Part shown: positions 24,711-32,000 of the stretch, in pieces
Layout: each line of letters opens with the position of its first letter
How positions within the stretch are numbered: the stretch's first letter is position 1
NCBI GenBank assembly: GCA_045544395.1
Contig: JAZPYX010000030.1
Location: 11,386-43,385 of the forward strand
Length of the DNA stretch: 32,000 nucleotides
Source of the DNA: Clostridia bacterium
GTDB taxonomy: Bacteria; Bacillota; Clostridia; UMGS1883
Direction: 5' to 3'
The notes under the pieces: model-generated
Database searches by the model: none
Told to the model about the DNA's origin: nothing
What the model saw: the letters and a program-made list of their open reading frames with translations, nothing else
Position numbers and translations under genes: made by a program

Positions 24711-25729
24711 TGAAAATTCTTGTTACAGGCGGTGCCGGATTTATCGGCAGTAACTTTATATACTTTATGCTTAAAAAGCATCCCGGATATAAAATTGTGT
24801 GCCTCGATGCACTTACTTATGCAGGCAATCTTGAAACCCTTGAGGACGCAATGAAAAACCCTGACTTCAAGTTTGTAAAGGGTGATATTACAGATCGCGA
24901 TGCAGTAAAAAAGCTTTTCGGGGAAGAAAAGTTTGATATTGTAGTAAACTTTGCGGCAGAAAGCCACGTTGACAGAAGTATTGAAGAGCCGGAAGTTTTT
25001 CTTAAAACAAACATTCTCGGTACACAGGTACTTATGGATGCGTCAAAGGAATTTGGTGTAAAGAGGTATCATCAGGTGTCAACTGACGAGGTGTACGGAG
25101 ACCTTCCACTTGACCGTCCCGACCTTTTCTTTACAGAGGAAACACCTATTCATACATCAAGTCCCTACTCTGCTTCAAAGGCAGCGGCAGACCTTCTTGT
25201 GCAGGCATATCACAGAACTTACGGTCTTCCCGTTACAATTTCAAGATGCTCAAATAACTACGGACCCTATCATTTTCCGGAAAAGCTTATTCCTCTTATG
25301 ATAGCAAACGCTCTTGCCGATAAGGCTCTTCCCGTTTACGGTGAAGGTCTTAATATCCGTGACTGGCTTTATGTGGAAGATCATTGCAGTGCCATTGACC
25401 TTATTATCCACAACGGAAAAGTTGGTGAGGTTTATAACATTGGCGGTCATAATGAAAAAGCAAATATTGATGTTGTAAAGCTCATTCTTAAAGAGCTTGG
25501 AAAACCCGAAAGCCTCATTACTTATGTAACTGACAGAAAGGGTCACGATATGCGTTACGCAATTGACCCTGCAAAAATTCATCGTGAGCTTGGCTGGCTT
25601 CCGGCTACAAAGTTTGACGACGGTATAAAACTTACAATTAAGTGGTATCTTGAAAATAAGCCCTGGTGGGAGAATATCATCAGTGGCGAATATAAAGACT
25701 ACTACAAAAAGATGTACGAGGGAAGATAA
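24710..25729 (+). CDS. rfbB: dTDP-glucose 4,6-dehydratase
   Basis: ILVTGGAGFIGSNF, NFAAESHVDRS, STDEVYG and PYSASKAAADLL (YxxxK). 339 aa. Its start overlaps the rfbA stop. Confidence 0.95.
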   Translation: MKILVTGGAGFIGSNFIYFMLKKHPGYKIVCLDALTYAGNLETLEDAMKNPDFKFVKGDITDRDAVKKLFGEEKFDIVVNFAAESHVDRSIEEPEVFLKTNILGTQVLMDASKEFGVKRYHQVSTDEVYGDLPLDRPDLFFTEETPIHTSSPYSASKAAADLLVQAYHRTYGLPVTISRCSNNYGPYHFPEKLIPLMIANALADKALPVYGEGLNIRDWLYVEDHCSAIDLIIHNGKVGEVYNIGGHNEKANIDVVKLILKELGKPESLITYVTDRKGHDMRYAIDPAKIHRELGWLPATKFDDGIKLTIKWYLENKPWWENIISGEYKDYYKKMYEGR

Positions 25730-26247
25730 TGAAAAAGATTATAATAATAGGTGCCGGAACATTTTCGACAGTTGTTATTGATTCAATTCTCGAAAATTCG
25801 TTTTACGCAGATTATACTATAGAAGGATTTTTGGATGACGGGCAGATTTGTGACGGCAATTTTGACTATCCTCTTCTGGGAAAAATTGATGAAGCGGAAA
25901 AATTTAATGACAAGGAGACTTTCTTTGCATTGGCAATCGGTTCTCCTGCGACCCGTCAAGCCATAGCGGAAAAACATCCGTATCTTAATTATCTGACGGT
26001 TATTGACAAATCGGCTAATATAAGTAAATACGCAACTATCGGCAAAGGATGTGTTATTATGAAGAACGCATCCATTAACACGCTGGTAAGGGTGGACGAT
26101 TTTGCTATAGTAAATACAGGTGCAATTGTTGACCATCATGTGAAGGTGGGACGCTATTGCCACGTAGGACAAGGCGTTGTGCTCTGGCATAGTGCACAGA
26201 TAAAGGAAGGGGAACATCTTTTCCCGGGAACAGTAATAAAGGGTTGA
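25729..26247 (+). CDS. NeuD/PglD-type left-handed beta-helix N-acetyltransferase (short C-terminus)
   Basis: 172 aa. An N-terminal Rossmann-like KKIIIIGAGTF...FFALAIGS is followed by LbH repeats and a DHH segment at the position of the PglD catalytic His. The protein ends about 25 aa earlier than PglD/NeuD as I recall them. Confidence 0.7.
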   Translation: MKKIIIIGAGTFSTVVIDSILENSFYADYTIEGFLDDGQICDGNFDYPLLGKIDEAEKFNDKETFFALAIGSPATRQAIAEKHPYLNYLTVIDKSANISKYATIGKGCVIMKNASINTLVRVDDFAIVNTGAIVDHHVKVGRYCHVGQGVVLWHSAQIKEGEHLFPGTVIKG

Positions 26248-26251
26248 TTTT

Positions 26252-27472
26252 ATGACAATGCAGTTTAAAGAAATGCTGAAAGTCCTTGGGCATTCGGTAT
26301 TTGGAACTGAATATATTCCATCCGATGGTGTAGATGCAGATTTAGTCTACGAAACTTCGGTAAAACAGGGCGTATTTTCCCTCGTTTATCCCGTAGTGTC
26401 GGAAAAAATCCCGTGTTCTGATATGAAAAAGGAAATGCTTTTTTTGCAGACTGTTGCCATAAATGAAAGAAAGATGTACTGCCTCAGGCAGGTAATTGAA
26501 AATTTTGAAAAAGCAGGTGTTCCCTACTGCGTTCTTAAAGGTGTCAGCATTGCAAATTTTTATTATATGCCAAAGCTCAGAGCTTCGGGGGATATAGATA
26601 TGTTTATATATCCCGATGATGAAAAAAGGGCAATGAAGATTCTTGAAAATATGGGAATGACCGTTGTTCCCAGAGAAAAAGAAAGTCAGCATTTTGAAGC
26701 ACGTGATAAAAACGGCGGACTTATAGAAATGCATGTTACACTCTACAGCAAAATGCTAGGAGATATTGTTCTTAAAAATAAATTTTCCGTATCTGAACCA
26801 TTCGTGAAAACAGTAATAAAAGACGAATTTTCAGTAAATTCACTGGGAATTCAGGATAATCTTAATTTTCTTACAGCGCATCTTATAAAACATTTTGTAA
26901 AAGAGGGATGCGGAATAAGACAGGTTACAGACATTCTTGCGTTTATAAATGCAAATAAAGATAAAATTGATTTCGAAAAGTATTTTTCGGTATTGAAAGA
27001 AATTAAATTTGATACGTTTATAAAAAATGTACTCGGTATTGGCGTCAGGTATTTTGGACTTCAGTTCGATATTTATGAGACGGAAATTTCCGATAAAATT
27101 CTTGAAGACATTGAAACAGGCGGAAACTTTGGCAGAAGTGAAGCGGATCGTGATGGGTTTTATGAAAGCTTCCTTAAAATACGTTCCGGTATGTCTTTTG
27201 ACAAGTTTAACGAAAAACTTGATAGAAGACTTAAACAGCGTGCGATAAAAAGTGTGTTTTTTCCGGGAAAGCGACTTCTGATAGAAAAGGGATACACTTA
27301 TCTGAAAAAAGCACCGTTACTTTACCCTTGCGCATATATTTGTAATATCTTGGAAGCTTTTAGAAAGTTGACAGGAAAAAAACGTAAGCTATCAGATTTA
27401 AATTATAAAGAAAAGACAAGCAGTACCATTGATTCCAGGATGAAACTTATGGAAGAAATGGAAATTATATAA
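26252..27472 (+). CDS. uncharacterised Pol-beta-superfamily nucleotidyltransferase (NTP_transf_5-like)
   Basis: 406 aa. LKGVSIANFYYMPKLRASGDIDMFI fits the hG(G/S)-x(9-14)-D-x-D minimal nucleotidyltransferase motif. A downstream acidic residue lies in LIEMHVTLY, and the C-terminal half is long and helical. Confidence 0.55.
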   Translation: MTMQFKEMLKVLGHSVFGTEYIPSDGVDADLVYETSVKQGVFSLVYPVVSEKIPCSDMKKEMLFLQTVAINERKMYCLRQVIENFEKAGVPYCVLKGVSIANFYYMPKLRASGDIDMFIYPDDEKRAMKILENMGMTVVPREKESQHFEARDKNGGLIEMHVTLYSKMLGDIVLKNKFSVSEPFVKTVIKDEFSVNSLGIQDNLNFLTAHLIKHFVKEGCGIRQVTDILAFINANKDKIDFEKYFSVLKEIKFDTFIKNVLGIGVRYFGLQFDIYETEISDKILEDIETGGNFGRSEADRDGFYESFLKIRSGMSFDKFNEKLDRRLKQRAIKSVFFPGKRLLIEKGYTYLKKAPLLYPCAYICNILEAFRKLTGKKRKLSDLNYKEKTSSTIDSRMKLMEEMEII

Positions 27473-27489
27473 CAAAGGAAAATGAAATT

Positions 27490-28623
27490 ATGTACAGTGA
27501 AAAGTTTTTTTGCCCCTACAGAATATGCCCCCTTGGTGCTCATAGCGACCACCAGTACGGTATAGTAAGCGGCTTTGCCATTGATAAGGGTATAGAAATT
27601 GAATATGAAAAGACTTCCGACGGAAGTATTGTTCTTACCAGTAACGAGTTTGAAAAACAGGTGGAATTTTCCCTTAATAAGCCTATTGTAAAGGAAGGCG
27701 ATTGGGCAGATTATCTACGGGGAGCGGCAGCATCGCTTAAACGTAATTATGATGTGCCTTTCGGTGTGAAAGCTCACATTAAGGGCAGTCTTCCAATAGG
27801 AGGACTTTCCTCGTCTGCAGCTGTAATTATTGCGTTTCTCGGAACGCTTTGCCACGCAAACAATATTATTTTATCGAAGGGCGAAATTGTTGAAACAGCA
27901 CTCTGGGCGGAAAACAAGTTTGTAGGAGTAAGTGTGGGTAAGCTTGACCAATCCTGTGAGGTTTACTCAAAAAAAGATCACCTTCTTAAAATTGATACAA
28001 AAGACGACTCTTATGAGCTTATTCCAAAACATAAGGATATGCCTCCCTTTGAATTTGCGGTGTTTTTTAGCGGACTTGAAAGAAGTCTTGTGGGAAGTAA
28101 ATTCAATATGCGTGTGGACGAGCTTAAAAGTGCCGCATATGCATTAAAGGCTTTTTCAGGTATGGAATATGGCAAGTTTGAGGATGCTGTTCTTCGAGAT
28201 GTTCCTAAAGAGGTTTTTGAAGAATATAAACATAAACTCCCCGAAAACTGGAGAAAAAGAGCAGAACATTTCTATACAGAGTTCGAACGTGTAAAAAATG
28301 GTGCAGAAGCTTGGAGAAAAGGCGATCTTGGAGCTTTTGGGCAGCTTGTTTTCCAAAGTGGAGAAAGTAGTATATATAACTTTGAAACTGGCTCAGTCCA
28401 ACTAAAAAAAATCCATGAAATCATGATTGAAACTCCAGGTATTTATGGTGGGCGTTTCAGCGGTGCGGGATTTAAAGGCTGTGCAATGGCGCTTATAAAT
28501 CCCGAATATAAAGAAGAAATCGCATACAATGTGACAACGCAGTATCTTAAAGAATTTCCGGAGCTGGAAGGTAAATTCAGCGTAAATTTCTGTAATACAG
28601 CAGACGGAGTAAAACTTAACTGA
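27490..28623 (+). CDS. GHMP-family sugar-1-kinase, galacturonokinase (GalAK)-like
   Basis: 377 aa. [16 protein letters not shown] resembles plant Gal[18 protein letters not shown] (recalled) rather than the GalK motif GRVNLIGEHTDY. GHMP motif II is [18 protein letters not shown]...AW..G.L..FG.L and [12 protein letters not shown] also follow GalAK. Confidence 0.65.
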   Translation: MYSEKFFCPYRICPLGAHSDHQYGIVSGFAIDKGIEIEYEKTSDGSIVLTSNEFEKQVEFSLNKPIVKEGDWADYLRGAAASLKRNYDVPFGVKAHIKGSLPIGGLSSSAAVIIAFLGTLCHANNIILSKGEIVETALWAENKFVGVSVGKLDQSCEVYSKKDHLLKIDTKDDSYELIPKHKDMPPFEFAVFFSGLERSLVGSKFNMRVDELKSAAYALKAFSGMEYGKFEDAVLRDVPKEVFEEYKHKLPENWRKRAEHFYTEFERVKNGAEAWRKGDLGAFGQLVFQSGESSIYNFETGSVQLKKIHEIMIETPGIYGGRFSGAGFKGCAMALINPEYKEEIAYNVTTQYLKEFPELEGKFSVNFCNTADGVKLN

Positions 28624-28639
28624 AAAGAAAGGAATAATT

Positions 28640-29824
28640 ATGAAAATTACGGTTGCAGGAACAGGATATGTAGGACTTTCAAATGCGATTTTACTTGCGC
28701 AGAATAATGAAGTGTGGGCAGTAGATATCGTGCCCGAAAAGGTGGAAATGATAAATAACGGAGTGTCCCCTATTGTAGATAATGAAATTGAAGAGTATCT
28801 TCGTAAAAAATCACTTAACCTTACGGCTACAACAGATGCAAAAAAAGCATATAAAGATGCTGATTTTGTTATTGTGTCAACGCCTACAAACTATGATCCT
28901 AAGTTAAACTATTTTGATACGTCATCAGTTGAAAGCGTAATAGAGTTTGTAACAGAAATTAATCCTGATGCTATTATCGTTATAAAATCAACTGTACCGG
29001 TAGGCTATACCGAAAAGGTAAGAGAAAAGTATAACTGTAACAATATAATTTTTTCACCTGAATTTTTAAGAGAAGGAAAAGCTCTTTACGATAACCTTTA
29101 CCCTTCAAGAATAATCGTGGGATTTCCAAAAGAAGATAAAAGACTTGAGGAAAAGGCGCGTGTTTTCGCATCTCTTTTACAGCAGGGGGCGATTAAAGAA
29201 AATATTCCGGTGCTTTTTACTAATCCCACAGAGGCGGAGGCAGTTAAGCTTTTTGCAAATACTTATCTTGCCCTCAGGGTATCATTCTTTAACGAGCTTG
29301 ATACATACGCAGAGGTAAGAGGTCTTGATACAAAACAGATTATCGAGGGTGTAGGTCTTGACCCGAGAATTGGCTCCCACTATAACAACCCCTCTTTTGG
29401 TTATGGCGGATACTGTCTGCCAAAGGACACAAAGCAGCTTCTTGCAAACTTTAATGATGTTCCAAACAATATTATTCGTGCAATAGTTGATGCAAACAGC
29501 ACCCGTAAGGACTTTATAGCGGACAGAATTATAGAAAAAAATCCTAAAATTGTAGGAATATACCGTCTCACAATGAAAGCAAATTCCGACAATTTCCGCC
29601 AAAGCTCAATTCAGGGTGTAATGAAAAGAATCAAGGCGAAAGGTATAGAGGTTGTAGTTTATGAGCCTACTCTCAAAGAATCGCATTTCTTTAATTCAAG
29701 TGTGATTCAATCTTTGGATGAATTTAAAGAAATATCGGATGTTATTATTGCTAACAGATATAATGAAGAAATATCGGATGTTCTTGATAAAGTTTATACC
29801 CGTGACCTATATTTCCGTGATTAA
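28640..29824 (+). CDS. ugd: UDP-glucose 6-dehydrogenase
   Basis: [60 protein letters not shown] and GGYCLPKD (catalytic Cys). Near-colinear with E. coli Ugd as recalled. Confidence 0.95.
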   Translation: MKITVAGTGYVGLSNAILLAQNNEVWAVDIVPEKVEMINNGVSPIVDNEIEEYLRKKSLNLTATTDAKKAYKDADFVIVSTPTNYDPKLNYFDTSSVESVIEFVTEINPDAIIVIKSTVPVGYTEKVREKYNCNNIIFSPEFLREGKALYDNLYPSRIIVGFPKEDKRLEEKARVFASLLQQGAIKENIPVLFTNPTEAEAVKLFANTYLALRVSFFNELDTYAEVRGLDTKQIIEGVGLDPRIGSHYNNPSFGYGGYCLPKDTKQLLANFNDVPNNIIRAIVDANSTRKDFIADRIIEKNPKIVGIYRLTMKANSDNFRQSSIQGVMKRIKAKGIEVVVYEPTLKESHFFNSSVIQSLDEFKEISDVIIANRYNEEISDVLDKVYTRDLYFRD

Positions 29825-29835
29825 AGGAGACTATT

Positions 29836-30846
29836 ATGGCAGATTTTATTAAATATACAGGCAAAGAAAAAATTTTAGTAACAGGTGCGGCAGGTTTTAT
29901 TGGCTTTCACCTTTCTAAAAGAATTCTTGAAGCAGGGGGCGAGGTAATCGGATTTGACAATCTCAACGATTACTATGACGTTAATCTTAAATATGCCCGC
30001 CTTGAAATTCTTGAAAAGTATGAAAAATTTACTTTTATCAAAGGAAACCTTGCAGACAAAGCAGCAGTAGATAGCCTTTTTGTAACTTACAAGCCCGATG
30101 TTGTTGTAAATCTTGCAGCTCAGGCGGGGGTAAGGTATTCAATTGACAATCCGGGAAGTTATATAGAGAGCAACATTGTAGGGTTTTACAACATTCTTGA
30201 AGCCTGCAGGCATTATCCTGTAGAGCACCTTTTGTATGCCTCAAGCTCATCTGTATACGGCAATCAGAAAAAGACACCTTTTTCAACAGATGACAATGTC
30301 GACCACCCCATAAGTCTTTATGCCGCAACTAAGAAGTCAAACGAGCTTATGGCATTTACGTACAGCCATCTTTATAATATTCCTGCTACGGGGCTTCGTT
30401 TCTTTACAGTGTACGGCCCCTACGGCAGACCGGATATGGCATATTTTTCATTCACACAGAAAATAATGCGTGGCGAAACCATAAAGATATTTAATAACGG
30501 TGATATGTACCGTGACTTTACTTATGTTGACGATATAGTTCAGGGAATAATGAATATGCTTCTTAATCCCCCGAAACCTGACGAAAACGGGGACCGTGCA
30601 AAAGTATATAATATCGGTAACAACAATCCCGAAAAACTTATGTATTTTATCGAAACACTTGAAAAGGCAATCGGCAAAGCAGCAGAGAAAGAGTATCTTC
30701 CTATGCAGCCCGGTGACGTATACCAGACCTATGCCGATGTAAGTGATTTACAGAGAGATTTTGACTTTAAGCCGTCTACATCTATAGAAGACGGACTTAA
30801 TAAATTTGCAAAATGGTATTTTGAATATTACGGAGAAAATAGATGA
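29836..30846 (+). CDS. UDP-glucuronate 4-epimerase (SDR family)
   Basis: ILVTGAAGFIGFH, NLAAQAGVRYS, ASSSSVYG, LYAATKKSNE (YxxxK) and RFFTVYGPYGRPDMA. These are characteristic of the UDP-GlcA 4-epimerase clade (Cap1J/LpsL-like). Confidence 0.85.
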   Translation: MADFIKYTGKEKILVTGAAGFIGFHLSKRILEAGGEVIGFDNLNDYYDVNLKYARLEILEKYEKFTFIKGNLADKAAVDSLFVTYKPDVVVNLAAQAGVRYSIDNPGSYIESNIVGFYNILEACRHYPVEHLLYASSSSVYGNQKKTPFSTDDNVDHPISLYAATKKSNELMAFTYSHLYNIPATGLRFFTVYGPYGRPDMAYFSFTQKIMRGETIKIFNNGDMYRDFTYVDDIVQGIMNMLLNPPKPDENGDRAKVYNIGNNNPEKLMYFIETLEKAIGKAAEKEYLPMQPGDVYQTYADVSDLQRDFDFKPSTSIEDGLNKFAKWYFEYYGENR

Positions 30847-32000
30847 GTCTTTTAACACTTCAGAACGTATCGAAAAGCTTTGGAGAAAGAGTGCTTTTTG
30901 AGAACGTGTCATTTAACATTGAAAATAACACGAAAATGGGATTTATAGGTGCAAACGGAGTGGGAAAAACCACTCTTTTTCGCACTATTACATGTGAAGA
31001 GGATTTTGAAGGTAATATTGTAAAATCCGCAGACCTTAAAATCGGGGTAATGGAGCAGACACCACCTTCTTCTGAAAGTATGACTGCATATGATTATACG
31101 GTAGAAGTATTCAGCCGCTTTTTTGAAATTGAAAAAGAGATGGAAGTAATCCGCCTTACTCTTGAGAAAGGTGAGGGAGATACTACCCGTCTTATTAACC
31201 GCCAGGAAGCACTTAATACAGAGTACATCCGTAACGACGGACTTACTTTCAGAAGTCGTACGAGAAGTATGCTTTTAGGTCTTGGATTCCTTGAAAGCGA
31301 GCTTAATCTTCCAATGAATTCACTGTCAGGCGGACAAAAGACAAGACTTTCCCTTGCAAGAACTCTTCTTTCCGAGGCAAATTTTCTCCTTCTTGACGAG
31401 CCGACAAACCACCTTGATATTGATTCTGTACGCTTTTTGGAAGACTTTCTCAGAAACTGCAATAAAGCTTTTATTGTAATAAGCCATGACAGATATTTTC
31501 TTGACAAGGTTACAAATACAACCATTGAACTTGAAATGCGAAAGATTTCTCTTTATACAGGCTCTTACTCTACCTTTGTAGAGAAAAAGGAGCAGGTACG
31601 ACTTGCGGCAGAACGCAAGTATGAAAATACGATGGCGGAAATTAAACGCATTGAAGGAATAATCGAGCAGCAGAAGCGGTGGAACCGTGAACGTAATATC
31701 CGAACTGCCGAACATAAGCAGAAAAGCATTGACCGCCTTGAAGAAACTCTTGAAAAACCCGAAGAGGATACTTCAAAAATACGTTTCAGATTTACCGCAG
31801 AAAGAAAAAGCGGTAACGATGTGCTTTTTGTAAAAGACCTTGGTATGAGATATGGGGAAAAAGCACTTTTTGAAAATGTCAGCTTTGAAATTAAACGCGG
31901 GGAAAGAGTGTTCCTGCTAGGCCCTAACGGATGTGGAAAATCTACTTTATATAAAATGATAAAGGGGACAGTCCCTGCTCCGAAAGACAGCGTTATATTC
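30843..32000 (+). CDS. ABC-F family ATPase (no transmembrane domain), partial; continues beyond the right edge
   Basis: Open frame from the ATG at 30843 to the window edge (386 codons), absent from the ORF track because it has no stop. First cassette: Walker A GANGVGKTT, signature LSGGQKTRL and Walker B LLLDEPTNHLD. A charged helical linker follows, then the second Walker A GPNGCGKST. The ATG overlaps the epimerase stop (ATGA). Confidence 0.85.
   Translation, partial: MSLLTLQNVSKSFGERVLFENVSFNIENNTKMGFIGANGVGKTTLFRTITCEEDFEGNIVKSADLKIGVMEQTPPSSESMTAYDYTVEVFSRFFEIEKEMEVIRLTLEKGEGDTTRLINRQEALNTEYIRNDGLTFRSRTRSMLLGLGFLESELNLPMNSLSGGQKTRLSLARTLLSEANFLLLDEPTNHLDIDSVRFLEDFLRNCNKAFIVISHDRYFLDKVTNTTIELEMRKISLYTGSYSTFVEKKEQVRLAAERKYENTMAEIKRIEGIIEQQKRWNRERNIRTAEHKQKSIDRLEETLEKPEEDTSKIRFRFTAERKSGNDVLFVKDLGMRYGEKALFENVSFEIKRGERVFLLGPNGCGKSTLYKMIKGTVPAPKDSVIF

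Noticed and set aside
23835-25729. dTDP-L-rhamnose biosynthesis
   Set aside because: Only rmlA and rmlB are present. rmlC and rmlD are absent from the window, and the flanking genes are an aminotransferase and an N-acetyltransferase. This points to a 4-amino-4,6-dideoxyhexose instead.
29727-29782. Perfect 17-nt direct repeat (AAGAAATATCGGATGTT) at 29727-29743 and 29766-29782 within the 3' end of ugd
   Set aside because: It encodes the repeated (K/E)EISDV peptide in a segment that is internally repetitive in Ugd proteins generally (E. coli has ADV...ADV at the same place). The copies are in frame and 39 nt apart. It could mediate a 13-codon deletion, but there is no sign that it is a functional element.
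31094-31715. 143-aa and 129-aa minus-strand ORFs at the right end
   Set aside because: They are antisense to an ABC-F gene that is not in the ORF track only because it lacks a stop within the window. Their Arg/Ser-rich composition is typical of the reverse frame of a Glu/Lys-rich gene.
30843-32000. ABC-transporter-dependent capsule export
   Set aside because: The protein is a tandem-cassette ABC-F type with no membrane domain, and no KpsM/Wzm-like permease is present. The locus has wzx and wzy.

Overview
This is 32 kb from a low-GC chromosome, about 38-40% GC by eye, with Firmicutes/Clostridia-style gene order. I found no rRNA, tRNA, CRISPR array, IS element or integrase.

The left ~8 kb is core genome. 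A tightly packed minus-strand string runs trpS, a tagO/wecA-like transferase, UDP-GlcNAc 2-epimerase, atpZ, atpI, atpB and the first codons of atpE. That is the head of the F0F1 ATP synthase operon, and it runs off the left edge. Next come a DctM-type TRAP permease with a tiny membrane partner, a divergent LysR regulator, and a lone polysaccharide O-acetyltransferase.

From about 8.3 kb to 30.8 kb lies one 22-gene plus-strand Wzx/Wzy-type surface-polysaccharide locus. It sits behind a consensus sigma-70-type promoter, and many of its stop and start codons overlap. It encodes:
- an EpsN/PglE-like aminotransferase next to a PglC-like priming transferase
- four glycosyltransferases: two GT2, one GT4 and one WecF-like GT56
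- Wzy and Wzx
- a dTDP-4-amino-4,6-dideoxyhexose branch (rmlA, rmlB, aminotransferase, NeuD/PglD-type acetyltransferase) with no rmlC or rmlD
- a uronic-acid branch (ugd and UDP-GlcA 4-epimerase)

The non-standard content is where I would look for new biology:
1. An ATP-grasp / short DegT-like / ATP-grasp / Ddl block, a candidate amide or peptide decoration module.
2. A cytoplasmic homologue of the heparan-type glucuronyl C5-epimerase.
3. A plant-GalAK-like sugar-1-kinase paired with an uncharacterised Pol-beta-type nucleotidyltransferase.

An ABC-F ATPase gene overlaps the last locus gene and runs off the right edge. All family calls rest on motif and architecture recognition from memory. No database search was possible.
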